A stretch of 64,000 bases of DNA. Source: Vicugna vicugna (taxonomy: Eukaryota). The position numbers and the translations under genes are program-made. The notes beneath the pieces were generated by a model. That model saw nothing but the letters and a program-made list of their open reading frames with translations, was not told the DNA's origin and did not search any database. Position 1 is the first letter of the stretch. Every line of letters begins with the position of its first letter. Of the stretch, positions 11,651 to 24,494 are shown piece by piece. The stretch covers positions 7,136,718-7,200,717 of the forward strand of contig MU059052.1 of the NCBI GenBank assembly GCA_013265495.1, written 5' to 3'.

Positions 11651-11978
11651 TTCTGTTATTATCATTAATAATTTACAAATTCAACTAATCCAAATTTTCC
11701 CTCACACTTTTGACCTTATTAATATGACTTTATTAATCATGGATTTGAGTTAATAACCTAAGAAGTAATGCATATGGATTTTTTAAAATCTAGCTATCCT
11801 TAAAATTGCAAAGTACCAAAAATACAAAAGGAAGAAAAAGAATAAAACACCGGATTAATGAAGGAAATGGTGCTGTTGGAGACTCTGGGGGCTGCACAAT
11901 GTATCTGCCCCAGGCACTGAGCCCCAGGGCGTTTTTATGTTTTTTTCCTTCACTTTTCTCTGGGCTCATGCCCACATG

Positions 11979-12125
11979 NNNNNNNNNNNNNNNNNNNNNN
12001 NNNNNNNNNNNNNNNNNNNNNNNNNNNNNNNNNNNNNNNNNNNNNNNNNNNNNNNNNNNNNNNNNNNNNNNNNNNNNNNNNNNNNNNNNNNNNNNNNNNN
12101 NNNNNNNNNNNNNNNNNNNNNNNNN
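11979..12125. other. N block (147 nt), content unknown
   Basis: Run of N. Confidence 0.95.
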
Positions 12126-12689
12126 NTCTTTTTTAACAATTAATTTCATATCCTTCCAAAAACAATTTCAACCACTTGGCACAGAGCATATCGTACTTAG
12201 TATTTTACTGACACTTAAACAAGTCTAAATTTGCTAGTTATGTTAAATAGCTTTACACTAAAATTCATTTAATTTCTAAGACGTACGTTTGGCAACGAAC
12301 ATGCTATCTTAGGTAATGTAAAGGGTACATGGGTAGTAGGCTGCAGTCCAAATATTTGGTATCTTGCTAATGGATGCTAGAGAAATTCCCCTCTTTAGTA
12401 TCAAAATTTTAAGTGAAAGTAAAAATGAACTTAGATGAGTACACAAGCTAATTTCTACATGGCCTATTTGAAATATAAAAAGGAAAAGCAAATAAAAATT
12501 GCCTCTACTGCTTTAGCTTTAATTATTTAAAATATTCTCCAATTGTTCATAGGTATTTCTAAATTCTTACGTGTGAGGTCCCAGCTTGAAAATAATAAGG
12601 CAAAGATGAAATAAAACAAAAACTAACCTTAACCTTCTTTAAAAAAAGTGATCAGTTTTGAGTCATCAGATAAATGTATACTTTCTTTT

Positions 12690-13860
12690 ATCTCCATTAA
12701 TGAATCTCCATTAACAGGTTGTATCCTATGATTTCTAAGTTTTCTTCTAGTTTAGAAATCTATGAATCCTGTTTCTTCTAAAATATTGAATTTGGATATA
12801 CATTTATGTTGGTCAGTGTTTAATACAATCTAATTAGAATAATATAAAGTTGGCATTCCAAATCAGTGGGAAAATACAGACTAATGGGTTAAAATTTATG
12901 AAAATATAGATTAGATACCAAAATATATTTTCTAATGCTTAAATGCAAATGTAAAAAAGGTTACAAAATAACTAGATGACAATTTGGAATGATATTCAGA
13001 TAATATGAGGGAGGGAAGGTTTTGCCAAGCTCAATTCCAAGGGCAAAAATAACTAGAAGATTGATTATATATCACCGCATAAAAATGAAAAGTTTCTATT
13101 CATCAAGCACAATAAATGACTTAGAGAAAAATATTTGCTGGCAAAAGGTTAGGATTTCTGTTATATAAAGAATAAACAATATTTATAAATCAGTAACAGA
13201 GACAAATGAGACAAAGTCCCCAACAGAAGAATAAGCAAAAGATACGAACATGTAATTAATGAAGAAAGAGAAAAATGGTTACATACACGTAAAAAAATCA
13301 GCTTCACTTGTAGTCTAAAAAATAAAAACTTAAAGAAAAACAAAATTTATATTGTGATTTTCAGGTTAGAAAGATGAACAAGAATATTAATGTTTATGTT
13401 ATTAAGACATTCTTATATGCTATTTTCCTCAGTAGAAGCAGTATTAGTAGGTCTTTTTGGTTGTGAATATCAATAACTGTAAAACTGTCCATAATGAGAA
13501 TGGCAATGAGGACAATGAGTTGATAACATTTAAACACGGATTGTATAATAAATAATAGTAGTGTACCAGTGTTAATTCCCTGAACTTGGTATTTTTATTG
13601 TGGTCATGCAGCAGAGCCTTCCTGCTCTTAGGGAAAGCAAGCTGAAGTATTTAAGGGTAAAGGGGCAAGGTTTTATCAACTTACTCTCAAATGTGTGTGT
13701 GTGTAAAGAGAGAGAGGGAGGGAGGGAATTCAGAGCACAATGCAATGGGACAAAGGACAAAATGGATAAATCTAGGTAAAGAACACAGAGTTTCTTTGTA
13801 TGATCCCTGAAACTTTTCTGTAAGTTTGAAATGATTAACGTTGAAAGTTAACAACAGCAA
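12690..13860 (+). mobile_element. Decayed L1M (L1MD/ME-like) ORF2 3' and 3' UTR fragments
   Basis: A-rich, aaaaatgaaaagtttctattcatcaa...gaataagcaaaagatacgaac...; gctgaagtatttaagggtaaagg...aaacttttctgtaagtttgaaat. Confidence 0.6.
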
Positions 13861-16159
13861 AATAAGTTTTAAAAATATACAGCTAAAGAACCTATAACTT
13901 CATTTTTGGAATTTCTCTGAAGGAAATAATCATGGATTTACTACAAGGGTATTTATTTATCACAGTGCTATTTCTAGTAATGAGAACTGGAAACTAAATG
14001 AAAGCTCAACCAATTCATTAAAAGTAATTATCCTATAAGGTGGAATTCCATACAGTCATTCAAGTCTCGTTTAGAGAAATGTTCACTGACATGGGGAAAT
14101 AACTATGAAATGATGTTAATTTCAAAGCAGGAGATATTAAAAAGTAAGTACAAAACGTTTTATCTGTGCGGAAATCTGGATGACATTAATGTCATCTGTG
14201 TACTTTGCTGTTTACCAACTCCTCTTCATTGAGCACATATCAATTTTCTAAATAAAATATTGGATATCATAAATAGTTAGACAACTATACTATAAATATA
14301 TCCACGAAAAGAAAACAGTATAAATCGGTCAAGGTATGATAAACAAAGTACCGAATTGGTGATCTGGGATGGAAAAGGTCAGGAAAATGAAATCTTGCTA
14401 TGAAGAAGGTGAAATAATATTTTAATATAAAGTATTTATAATAGAAACCATAGTTTTGTGTTTCTTAATACAGTGAAAGCCAATTAAGTTTTAATAACAT
14501 ATTCTTCCAATAGATGATATGATTCTCAAGATTACATGATTTATCTTTTACCTTCTGTGACCAATACATTCTAAACACTTAATATGTAATTGCTAGATCT
14601 GCTTTTGAATGAGTGGTGAGTAAATACATAAAAAGTCTATTTATTTTAATATTCTTGGCAATGACCAATATAATCATTAATGAGCAAACCCATTAAAATG
14701 GCTGAAAATTCAGGGTGTATTACAGAGATTGTTGTCATAACTTGAAAGACACCTACCATGCTATTCATTCTAACTCTTAAATATCACTGACACCTAAACT
14801 TTAAAAAATTTGTCTTTCGGGATCTACAACACTGCTCCAAAGTTTATTTTTATAATTTTTTAAAAAAGTTAAAACATTGCTCATGAAATACGTTCAGTTT
14901 ATCCGAATAACATAAAGTAGTATTACTTCATTTTTTCCATGAAATCTTTTTATCACTTCAATTTATTATAGAGTGGTAATTTTTTTTCTCCAAAAACTCA
15001 TATTTTAACTTACAATACTTGAGTATTTTTTCTAAGTCTTTGTACGATCATCCATCAGGCTTTGATAGTTATAAATGCTAGCTTAAATCTAAATAATTTG
15101 AACAGAAAAGAAAAGAAAAATCTATAGTTTCAGACTGAACAAATATATTTTGCTTGGCAGTCAAGATCTTGTATAACTGAATAATATAGTATGTCATCAC
15201 AATATAACAAATACAGTATGTGTATGTGTATATATATATAATCTTTGAAGTTTTAATGTTCTCTTTGTGCTACACTTCTTAAAATTTTATTTATAACCAG
15301 TATATGACATATAAACAAAGGAAAGCTTTCAAAGTTGAATTCATTACAGGTATTAAATGCACCCATAATTATACCTTTCTCCATTCACTTCAGATGACCT
15401 GTTATTTGGCACTTTTTGGATGGAAATATTCTTGTTCAATTCATGGAATGTTTTCAACTATATTAGTGCTAGTAGGTAGTGACTGCCTTATCCAGACTTG
15501 TAATTCTTACGGAAATACTGAAATGGAACTCCATGAAATTAATATTCTGTGTTTCCCCTGCAGACCCTTAGAAACAGGAATTTTATGTTTTTTGCAGAAA
15601 CCTGATATAAGCCTGTATAACTTAAGGATCACATTCACGTTATTTCCCATAATTACTTAGCACCAGGCCAACACCCTGTATACAATGCCATATTTATTTT
15701 AGGTGAACTATAGTTTTGAGGTTTTATAATTTCTTTGCGTAATGTGTATATTCAGAAAATATATACATACGGTTGACAGACATTATAACTATTCCTGCTA
15801 TACAGTATAGCCATTGAGTCTTTGTCTTTGAATCACATAAACATAATCTTATGAACTGTTTTAAACTTCAGGAAATAGATTACTTTATCCAGTATTTCAA
15901 ATTGAAAAATTTTATGGCAATATGTATATATACAATATTTATACATATGAAAGAGATTTGTAACTGCCTATGTGAGTCTATCTGAATTAATGTATTCATT
16001 TATTTCCCCTGAACGTCTTCATGACTGGTTTTTCAGTGAAGAATATGATGTCATGGAGAGCCAGTGACCGAACAACTAAAAACAAATTAACTTTTATAAA
16101 ATTAAATCATTTAGGGAGGCACTGACATTTTTGATTGTTTAAAACTGGAAAAAAAATAT

Positions 16160-16400
16160 GAAACATAGAATGAATCATGATCCCCATGATTCTACCACCC
16201 AACTTAAGAACTAGAATATTACTAAGATTGTTTCATCTACTTCTATGTTCCCATGCTTCTTCCTCCCCTAGAAGTACTGTACTGAATTTTGTGTTTATCT
16301 TTCTGTTCTCTTAAAAATTGTTTTATCAAAACAAAACATGTTCCTTAGATTTGTCTGCTTTTGAGTTTTACAAAAATGATACACTGTATGACTACTGGTT
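16160..16400 (-). mobile_element. L1ME-like 3' UTR fragment
   Basis: ctaccacccaacttaagaactagaatattac...ctgaattttgtgtttatc...ctgcttttgagttttacaaaaatg. Confidence 0.5.
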
Positions 16401-16672
16401 TTCAATATTACACAGTAGGGTTTGGCAACTGTGGCCTCAGGGCTAAATCTGACCTGGGAGTTAAATGTTATATTTTATGCAAAGTCTAGTAATTCCACAA
16501 TGGGAAGAAGCCCTGGCAGAATATCTAGTGCGCCTTACTGTCTGCAACAGAGCTTCCAGTAATTAATGAAATTAACAGAAACCAATCATTTGAAGATTAG
16601 GTCATTAATCTCTAAAGACTGAAAATTTTCTTCTGAAGTTTAAAGGACTAAACACATGTTGTCTCAAATTTA

Positions 16673-16912
16673 TTGCCTTAGTCAACTAGGGCTGCCACAA
16701 CAAAATACAACAGACTGCCTGGCTTAAAGAACAAATATATTTGTTATCTCTGTGTCTTTCCTTACAAGGGCACTCATCCTATCATGAGGGGCTTAACTTC
16801 ATGACCTCATCTAAACCTAGTTACCTCCCAAAGGCCTCATTTCTAAATATTATATTTGGGGTCTATGGCTTCAACATACAAATGTTAGGGGTATGCAGTT
16901 CAGTACACAGCA
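16673..16912 (-). mobile_element. MaLR LTR (MLT1A/B-like), internally deleted
   Basis: ttagtcaactagggctgccacaacaaaatacaacagact...catgacctcatctaaacctagttacctcccaaaggcc...ttcaacatacaaat. Confidence 0.8.
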
Positions 16913-17529
16913 CTCATGTTTGAATTTTTTAACTCTATACATTCATATATAATTAAATATATACTATATGTATTTGTATATATGATACATATATATACAC
17001 ACATATATCTATGTATGTATTTGAGCAATGCAAGGTATCTGAACTTGTGACTGGTTTATCCCTTTGAACATTCGGAACCCCAAATCAACACACCCTATCC
17101 CCTCAAGCACTCTCTACAATGTTTCAGTCATGACCAACTCTGCTACGGTTGTGCAGACGCAATCTTTAAAACACGTATTTTAGTGTCGGATATTTTTGTC
17201 GCATGTGAAAGCAGAACCAATTATCCCCGAGAGCACATGTTTTTGTTATGAGTAACCTAATCCGTCCCCCCTCACCCTTTTTATCACTCCATTCCTCACC
17301 TTCTCTACTAAGTACTTAAGATTTCCTAAAATAACAACTCTTTACCAAAACACCCTCTAAACTCATGAATTCTTTCCTCTGTTCATTCAGTTTCCTTTGA
17401 CCAAGTCATTCGTTTTACGGTACGTACTCCAGAAACACTAAAAGGTATATTTGTTGCATAAATATGCTTTATTTGCATTTTTCAACTCTAAACTTCACCT
17501 TGTTATCTTTATCCAATGTGCAATTTAAT

Positions 17530-17666
17530 TGATTAATTGCTGGGCCTCACTCCCAGAGTTTCTCATTCAGAAAGTCGGCCATGGAACCCAAGAATTTGTA
17601 TTTCTAGTAAGTTCCGAGGTAATGCTGAGGCTGCTGGTATGGCGACCACACTTTAAGAACTGCTAA
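17530..17666. mobile_element. MER5A hAT-Charlie MITE (partial)
   Basis: gctgggcctcactcccagagtttctcattcag...aagaatttgtatttctagtaagttcc...gaccacactttaagaactgct. Confidence 0.8.
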
Positions 17667-20641
17667 TTAAAGTACTTTTGCCCTTTCTTTATCCAAGTGA
17701 TGTTCTTGGAATAATGCAGGTCACAGAAAAAAGGTAAACCGGATTATTTTGAGTAGTATCTAGGCTTATGCTAGTAGGCCATACTGAAGCATTTAAGAAA
17801 GTCACCGAGAACCTGCCTTTAGATTTATTATAAGGATGTTGGTAGCACATGGCGAGCACTGATTGGCTACTTTTGTACCTTGGCTCACTGTCACTATGCT
17901 ACATGGGCTCTTCCTGTCCATGAAAACACAGGACAGAAATTTCACCAGTCTTCAATGATCTAACATGCCTGTTTTCATTTCTTGAATGGTGTATTAAGGA
18001 ACTGACGATGTTTCTATCTTTGGGTTAATTCCTAGAAAGCTCAGAGGCAAATGTGTAGCCCATTTCAAATAGATTACATGAGAAATTATATTGATTATTT
18101 GGGCTAAATTAATTTTACACTTGGCTTTATCTTACATCATATACTCTGATTTTTCCTACTATCCTAATCTTATTTCTATATTTTTCTTTTCTGTATCTCT
18201 ATAGGTTACCTCAGTTACTCTTCTGGAAGAGAGTAGCAGTAAAGATCATGAAATAAGTGACTAGCTAAACGATCAAACAGGTAACGGCATGACAGTGAAG
18301 ATGTCAAAATTACTAAAATAAGGTTCAGATAGATTCACTTAGTATCAGGTAGTTGATTTGGGGATCTCTTATATTTTCCCCTAGAGTGTTGTCCTTGTTA
18401 CTCAGTTATATTCCTACTTGTTTTTTAACAGTCAGGTTTGTGGTATTTCATTGTTAACTGAGGTTCACCATGAGCTTTGCAGAGTATAAACTATGATCAT
18501 TTTAAGATGAGGACAGAGCCCACCAGGTTTAGGATTTTTGATGTTTTGCAAGGAAACTTGGGAGAGTACTTCATAAATTTAAGTGATTCTGTTTTTGTTA
18601 CATATCTGGAACGTCGTGTTTATTATTGTACAGACAGTGCAAAAAAAGGCAGGAACACTATTCATGATAGATTGCTTTTACCATGTTTAATTAACAGAGG
18701 GAAAAATTGCCAAAACAAATAAGGAGTTTGTTTTCTGTTGTTGTCTGACATCTTACTGCTCACATAGTGTCAGTGAAATATTCCTCATATATGGCTGCAA
18801 TCTTGTTGATTCTTTTAAACAAACATTGAGTCAGAGGGAAATCATTTCCATATTTCATGCAGAAAATACAGATGTTTTCTATCAAAAATTTTGGGAGTTT
18901 TTTTGGTTTAATTGAGAAGATTAATTTACTAGCATGTTTTATGTCTCTCTACACTGTAATTTGTTTTTAATTACACGTGAGTACCATATGTAGTTCATTG
19001 ACACTCTTTACTAATTCTCAAAAGTAAATTTACTCACCACTCATGTCATTTGCATCATGGGGTGTGTGTTCCTTGTTAAGTGATTCCTTTCTAATTTCTA
19101 AATAATTAGCTAATTAAGGACATGATCCTCCGGTTCTTTGGCAAGAGTAACACCCATTGGCTTGAAGGCAGTGGGATTTGGTTTTACTGTGGATCACAGG
19201 GCTGAGTGCCCTCATCCTATTGTTTTTTCTAATGAAAGTCATATTCATATTTGCAAATGTTTACCTGTGAAAGTAAACTTGCTAAACAAGCTTGTGGATT
19301 TCTGTACTGCGATGGTGGCTAACTCACTGTTGGTAGATGCTACAGTATCTCAGCAGATTCCATTTATCTCCCCTGATAAACAATCACTGCTGCATCCACG
19401 ACCCTGAACAGCCACTTAGCAAACATCCGGAGTTGATCATAGGAACCGTGTTACATCATGCGAAACATACTAGCCCAGAAACACTAACCTTGCTACTAAG
19501 AATGAAAATGATAGTGATAAGAATATCTTATACTTTTCTAGAACTTACAATATGCCAGACCCTGCTACATTCACTATATATAACTCAGTTAATCATCACA
19601 AAAGCTGTTGAAGTTTGTACTTTTCCTAATAGTAGTGGGCCAATAAGGTCATTATTTTATTTAAAGGGCATCACATTTTCTGAAAAGAACAGAAATATCT
19701 AAATGCCTTAGAAATACCAACGTTGCAGACTGACATGCCAAAGTGTGTCTGATTCTGCTCTGCTCTTTGACATAGAATTTCAAAAGCAACGATGTAACTT
19801 CTTCACTTATAACTTCTTCCATTAGTTGGTGAGTTTTTAGTAGGATGGACACCCAATGCTGCACTGTGTAAAGTGAACCAACTGTCAGTTAAGTATAATT
19901 AGAGAACATTTCCTCTTGTTCAACTGGACCAATACAGAAGGTGACATTCTCTGGGTTTATTTCCTGTGTGCTTAAAGTGAAAAAGATCTACTGTGCTAGT
20001 TTACTTTTTATTCCATATTTTATATTTACACCATCATTTCTTAAGTTCAGGCCATTGCTTCATCTCGGGTAAACCAAGATGTTAATGTGTGAGCAGGTTC
20101 CCCTTGTCTGTAGCCTTCCCTCTTTTCCTGGTCCTCTGTAAGAGGAAGCTTCCAACAGCACCTCTCTGAGTAAGCAGCTCCCCCAGAGGAACACCACAGG
20201 TGAATCCCACAGTTTCCAATTAAAGACCCAATGCACTGCCAGGGCATTTTTACAACACCTCCACAGCTTGGCTCTACCCAGCTGCAGGGTTTTTAATTCC
20301 CACACCCACCACAGCGCCCTTCAAGTCATCTATCCTGGCCTGTTCTGAGTTCACTACATATATCCTGGGCTCTCCATCTCTTTGACTTTGCTTCTGCTCT
20401 CACTTCTATTGGGCATTCCTCTTCCTCCTCCCATCATTATATACTGAAATACTGCAACCTCCATGTCTAACATTGTCACCTCCTCCAGGAAGTCCTTCCT
20501 AAATGTGAGCATTAGTAAAAACTCTTCCTGATCTGTGGTCTGTGCTTCAATTCCCTTGTCCCAGTACTTCTTTTGATCTGTGATTATTTATTTACATAAG
20601 TGACTCACAATCTAATTAGGAGTTCCTGGAGGACAGGAATT

Positions 20642-20670
20642 GACACACACACACGCACACACACACACAA
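20642..20670. repeat. (CA)n microsatellite
   Basis: gacacacacacacgcacacacacacacaaa. Confidence 0.95.
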
Positions 20671-20984
20671 ACCCACCCCCACCCCTACACGCCTGTACTT
20701 GGCCCAGCATTACTCTAATTTTAAGGAAGATCTTAGGGCCATGTGTGGGTTAACAGAGTTGTTGCCTTCCATATGGACAAGATCTTTTATCCTTTCTTAA
20801 AATCTTTTTATGCCTTATAATTTCCCTTTATTTTGCTTAGAAGCAATTCTTAAGTAGTACATTAGTAGTAAAGCATTATTCTGCTTTTAGATAACAGCCA
20901 TCCCTCGACAGAATGTAAACTCCTTAAACATGGAGTCTTGCCTTTGTTATCATTTATTTATTTTGTGCACTTTGCACACCAGAG

Positions 20985-21210
20985 TACCTTAAAGGGTCTG
21001 TGGAGCCAGACCATCTGGCTTCAAGTCTCAACTCTGCTTGTACCAAACTGTGTAGCCATGGGCCAGTGATTTCACCTCTCCGGCCCTCCTAGGACATCTG
21101 TACAATGAGGAAAATAACCATCATTTACTTCACAGGGTTGTCACAAGGCCAACTAATAAGGTGTGTACAGCCGTTGGAATAACACCTGTAGGGCAAGAGT
21201 AAGCCCTTGA
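20985..21210 (+). mobile_element. MIR SINE
   Basis: ggagccagaccatctggcttcaagtctcaactctgc...tgtgtagccatgggccagtgatttcacctct...catctgtacaatgagg. Confidence 0.8.
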
Positions 21211-21528
21211 TAGAGCTGTTCTGGTTGGGACCACTTTCTCCCCCTCCTGCACCCCACGTGCCCCTCCGCATCGAGCCTGGCCTTGGGCTCCTCACGGTCC
21301 ACAGGTAAGACTCCCTGACAGCCTGACTAGAAGCTCCCAGAAGACAGTTCCTGATTGGTTCTAGCTGAAATGCACTGTGTGTTAAAACAGATCTCTGTGA
21401 GTGTTCAAAGGCACTTTTTCTTATAATTATTTCTCAAGTCACCTCCGTCTCATCTCACCATATCCCTTCCGTGCTGCTGAGGCAAACTCCGAGAAAGCTC
21501 GAGCAAACAGGTGGCCCTTTCAACTCGT

Positions 21529-21660
21529 NNNNNNNNNNNNNNNNNNNNNNNNNNNNNNNNNNNNNNNNNNNNNNNNNNNNNNNNNNNNNNNNNNNNNNNN
21601 NNNNNNNNNNNNNNNNNNNNNNNNNNNNNNNNNNNNNNNNNNNNNNNNNNNNNNNNNNNN
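21529..21660. other. N block (132 nt), content unknown
   Basis: Run of N, shortest block. Confidence 0.95.
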
Positions 21661-22319
21661 GCTTTTCATGTGAAAAGAGACAGTATAATAAAAGTCGAGG
21701 ATTATTCATGTTAATTTATTATATTTTGCTGATATAGTCACATCAAGGGCTTAAGAAATATACTTCAACAGCAGTACAAATGAAGGAAGGATGGCTTAAG
21801 ACATGGTGCATAAATGCTTTCCTTCCTGTCGCTTTTAATGACATTTCATTTAGAAATACACCCTCTTTCATATGGATAACACTCTATTTTAGAGTTTGAC
21901 TTCTTTTGAAAAGGAAACTATAAAATGCATTGAGCTGATTGCTTAGTAAAAAATTTAACAAAAATATTCTCATATAAATGAATTGAAATGTAACCAAAAT
22001 GAAAGGTGGATGCCTCATAATTCTCATGAGCATTCACTTTTGGAAGAAACCTATTAGACATACCAATTTCGTTTAACACATTTTACATAACATGTAAATA
22101 AGAGGAGCTCAATTTAATTTTAATTGGGTGGGTTTAGTGCCTTTGAAATTATAATCAGAGCAATTTATATTTAAATAAAATCAGTAATAACATTTATATT
22201 AATGTAAATAAATTTAATTATTAATTTAAATAAAATAAATTTTTATACATTTAAATAAAAACAATAAAATTGGTGCTGTCTTTTCACTAGAAAAAAAGGA
22301 TCTTGGGAAATATCTTTGA

Positions 22320-22640
22320 TATGAATCAACCAACAGACACTGAGCACCTATGTACACGAAACACTATGTTGGGTTGGGGACAAGAGTGGAACAGAACTAG
22401 TACCCAGGGAATTGGTAATGAAATTAGACATTTTGTAAAAATTATATATGCAGGTCAGCTTAAATAACTATATAAATCAGTGTGTAAAGCAGACTAAAGT
22501 AGGAGTGCAGTAATAAGTGCTAGAAGGATTCAGAGAAGAAAAACACTGTAGTGAGCTTGAAACAATTGCCTGTCTTCCAAGAGAAGATACTATTTAAGCA
22601 GAGAGTAGGTTATATTTAATAAGCAGAGAAAACGGAAAGG
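22320..22640 (-). mobile_element. L2 LINE 3' fragment
   Basis: atcaaccaacagacactgagcacctatgtacacgaaacactatg...taagtgctagaaggattcagagaag. Confidence 0.6.
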
Positions 22641-22665
22641 ATATAGGTGATTAAAAAGTTCAAAG

Positions 22666-22850
22666 GACAGGGGCAGATTTCCTGGGAAGCAAATGAAGTG
22701 TAAGGGGTGTAAGTTCCCTCCAAAACCTGCACTCTATGTTGTATTCATAATTTTTCTCCTGCCCTCCCTCCTTTCCTTCTTCCTTCCTTTTTAAAGATCT
22801 CCCAAGTTGTATAAGCATTAGACTACACAAAATCTGTGTTTATCTGGTGA
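22666..22850 (+). mobile_element. hAT (Tip100-type) MITE remnant
   Basis: Starts caggggcagatttcctgggaagcaaatgaag, ends cccaagttgtataagcattagactacacaaaatctg; degenerate terminal inverted repeats. Confidence 0.4.
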
Positions 22851-22959
22851 AGAACCAAAGCTAATGGGGGAAAATGATTTGTTAGGATAATAAATGGACT
22901 AGTCTTCCTTTAGCAAAGGTTCATGTTAAAATGGCCCAGGGGAATGACTGGTAGTGTAG

Positions 22960-23260
22960 TGCTCTAGACTGCATGTTTGCTTCTCCCTCAGATTCTTATG
23001 TTGAAGCCTAATCCCCAATGCTATACTATTTGGAAGTGAAGCTTCTGGGAGCTGATTAGGTCATTAGGGTGGAGCCCTCATGAATGGAATTAGTGCCCTT
23101 ACAAAAGAGACTACAGGGAACTCCCTTGTCCCTTTCACCATGTAGGGAATACAAAGAAAAGAAGGCCATTTATGAGCCAGGAAGCAGGTCAGGCTCTCAC
23201 CAGACACCAGATCTGCCTGTGCCTTGATCTTGTCCTTCCGGCCTTCAGGACTGTGTGAAA
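22960..23260 (+). mobile_element. MLT1A0-like MaLR LTR
   Basis: gattcttatgttgaagcctaatccccaatg...gggtggagccctcatgaatggaattagtgcccttacaaaagagac...ctcaccagacaccagatctgcc. Confidence 0.85.
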
Positions 23261-23914
23261 ATCTCTACCTAAAATGCCTATTTCTTGGTTTGCTAACATG
23301 TTAAACATAGAAGATGTGATAGTCTCATCCTAATACTAGAATACTATCTCCAACTTTTATTTGACATTTCTTGTATTTTATATTATAATTATACTTGAAC
23401 ATGTTTGACTAAATTATAACTTTCTGGAGGGCAGGGTCTGTGACTGACATGTTTCAGTAGAACTGAATTCACTGCTTTATAGGTCATGACTTACTTGTCA
23501 ATATTAATAACTTCTGAAAACACACACACAGACTCTTATGCATGCATGCAGGGATCCCATCACAGTCATTTTGATGTCTAAAGAATGGCTTCCTTTATTT
23601 TACATCATTTTTCAATATGAAGGAATTGAGGAAGGGAAAGAGGGTTTAGGTAAAATGATTTGAGAAGACAAACATACTGGGTATGCCCAAAAGAAGACAT
23701 CTGGCTGGCAGTCAAGTGACAGAGGATATCAAATAGGCCATTCGGACTTTGGACAGTTTTATCAAAAGGACTAATTCACGATTAAAAAAAAATTCTTTGG
23801 TGTCCAATCTCTCTTCCATTTTGTGGAATGATGATCTCTCATACTGAGCCTGTTACCTGCCTTTGGAATATTATTTATTGGCTCCCCACAACTTATATTC
23901 TAAAGAAGCAGTAT

Positions 23915-24105
23915 ACTAATTAAAAGTGAAGGCTTTGGAGTCATATGAAACCAAGTAGAAATCATAGCTCCATCTCTAACTGACTGGCCTTAGGCAAGTT
24001 TTTCTAAAATAAGTCTTAATTTCTGTCAGTCTGCACCTCACCTATACGATTATAATGAGAAGCAAACTGAATGAGCCATGAAAATGTGCATAGCATAGAT
24101 AAAAC
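23915..24105 (+). mobile_element. MIR SINE
   Basis: ggctttggagtca...agctccatctctaactgactggccttaggcaagtt. Confidence 0.65.
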
Positions 24106-24107
24106 TG

Positions 24108-24494
24108 TGTATTAGTATTTGTATCAGTGATCACTTTCCAGAGAAACACACCAATAAGAGTGAAGGAGAGGAGGAGAGAAATTGCGATTTTCAGGAATGG
24201 ACTCATGGGATTGTAGTGACCGGCAAGTCTGAAATTTGCAGGTCAGAGCAGCAAGCTAGATTGTAAGGCTGAATATAGTCAGGATTGCTATGTTATCATA
24301 GCATAGCAGTATTCCATCTTCTTCAGGAAAAGTTTTTGTTCCTAAGGCCTTCACCTGATTAGATGAGGCCCACCCATATTAGAAACGAGGAAAATCACAC
24401 CCAAACATCTTCGCAGCAACATCTAGACTAGAGTTTGACCAAACAACTGAGCATTATAGCCTAGCCAAGTTGACACATAAAATTAACTATGACA
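24108..24494 (-). mobile_element. MLT2-family ERVL solo LTR
   Basis: ccagagaaacacaccaata...gattagatgaggcccacccatatt...gcaacatctagactagagtttgaccaaacaactg...gcctagccaagttgacacataaaattaac. Confidence 0.8.

Noticed and set aside
18205-18281. Plus-strand exon with a strong acceptor (ttttctgtatctctatAG) and CAG|GTAACG donor
   Set aside because: It has stops in all three frames and no other support; at best a cryptic or non-coding exon.
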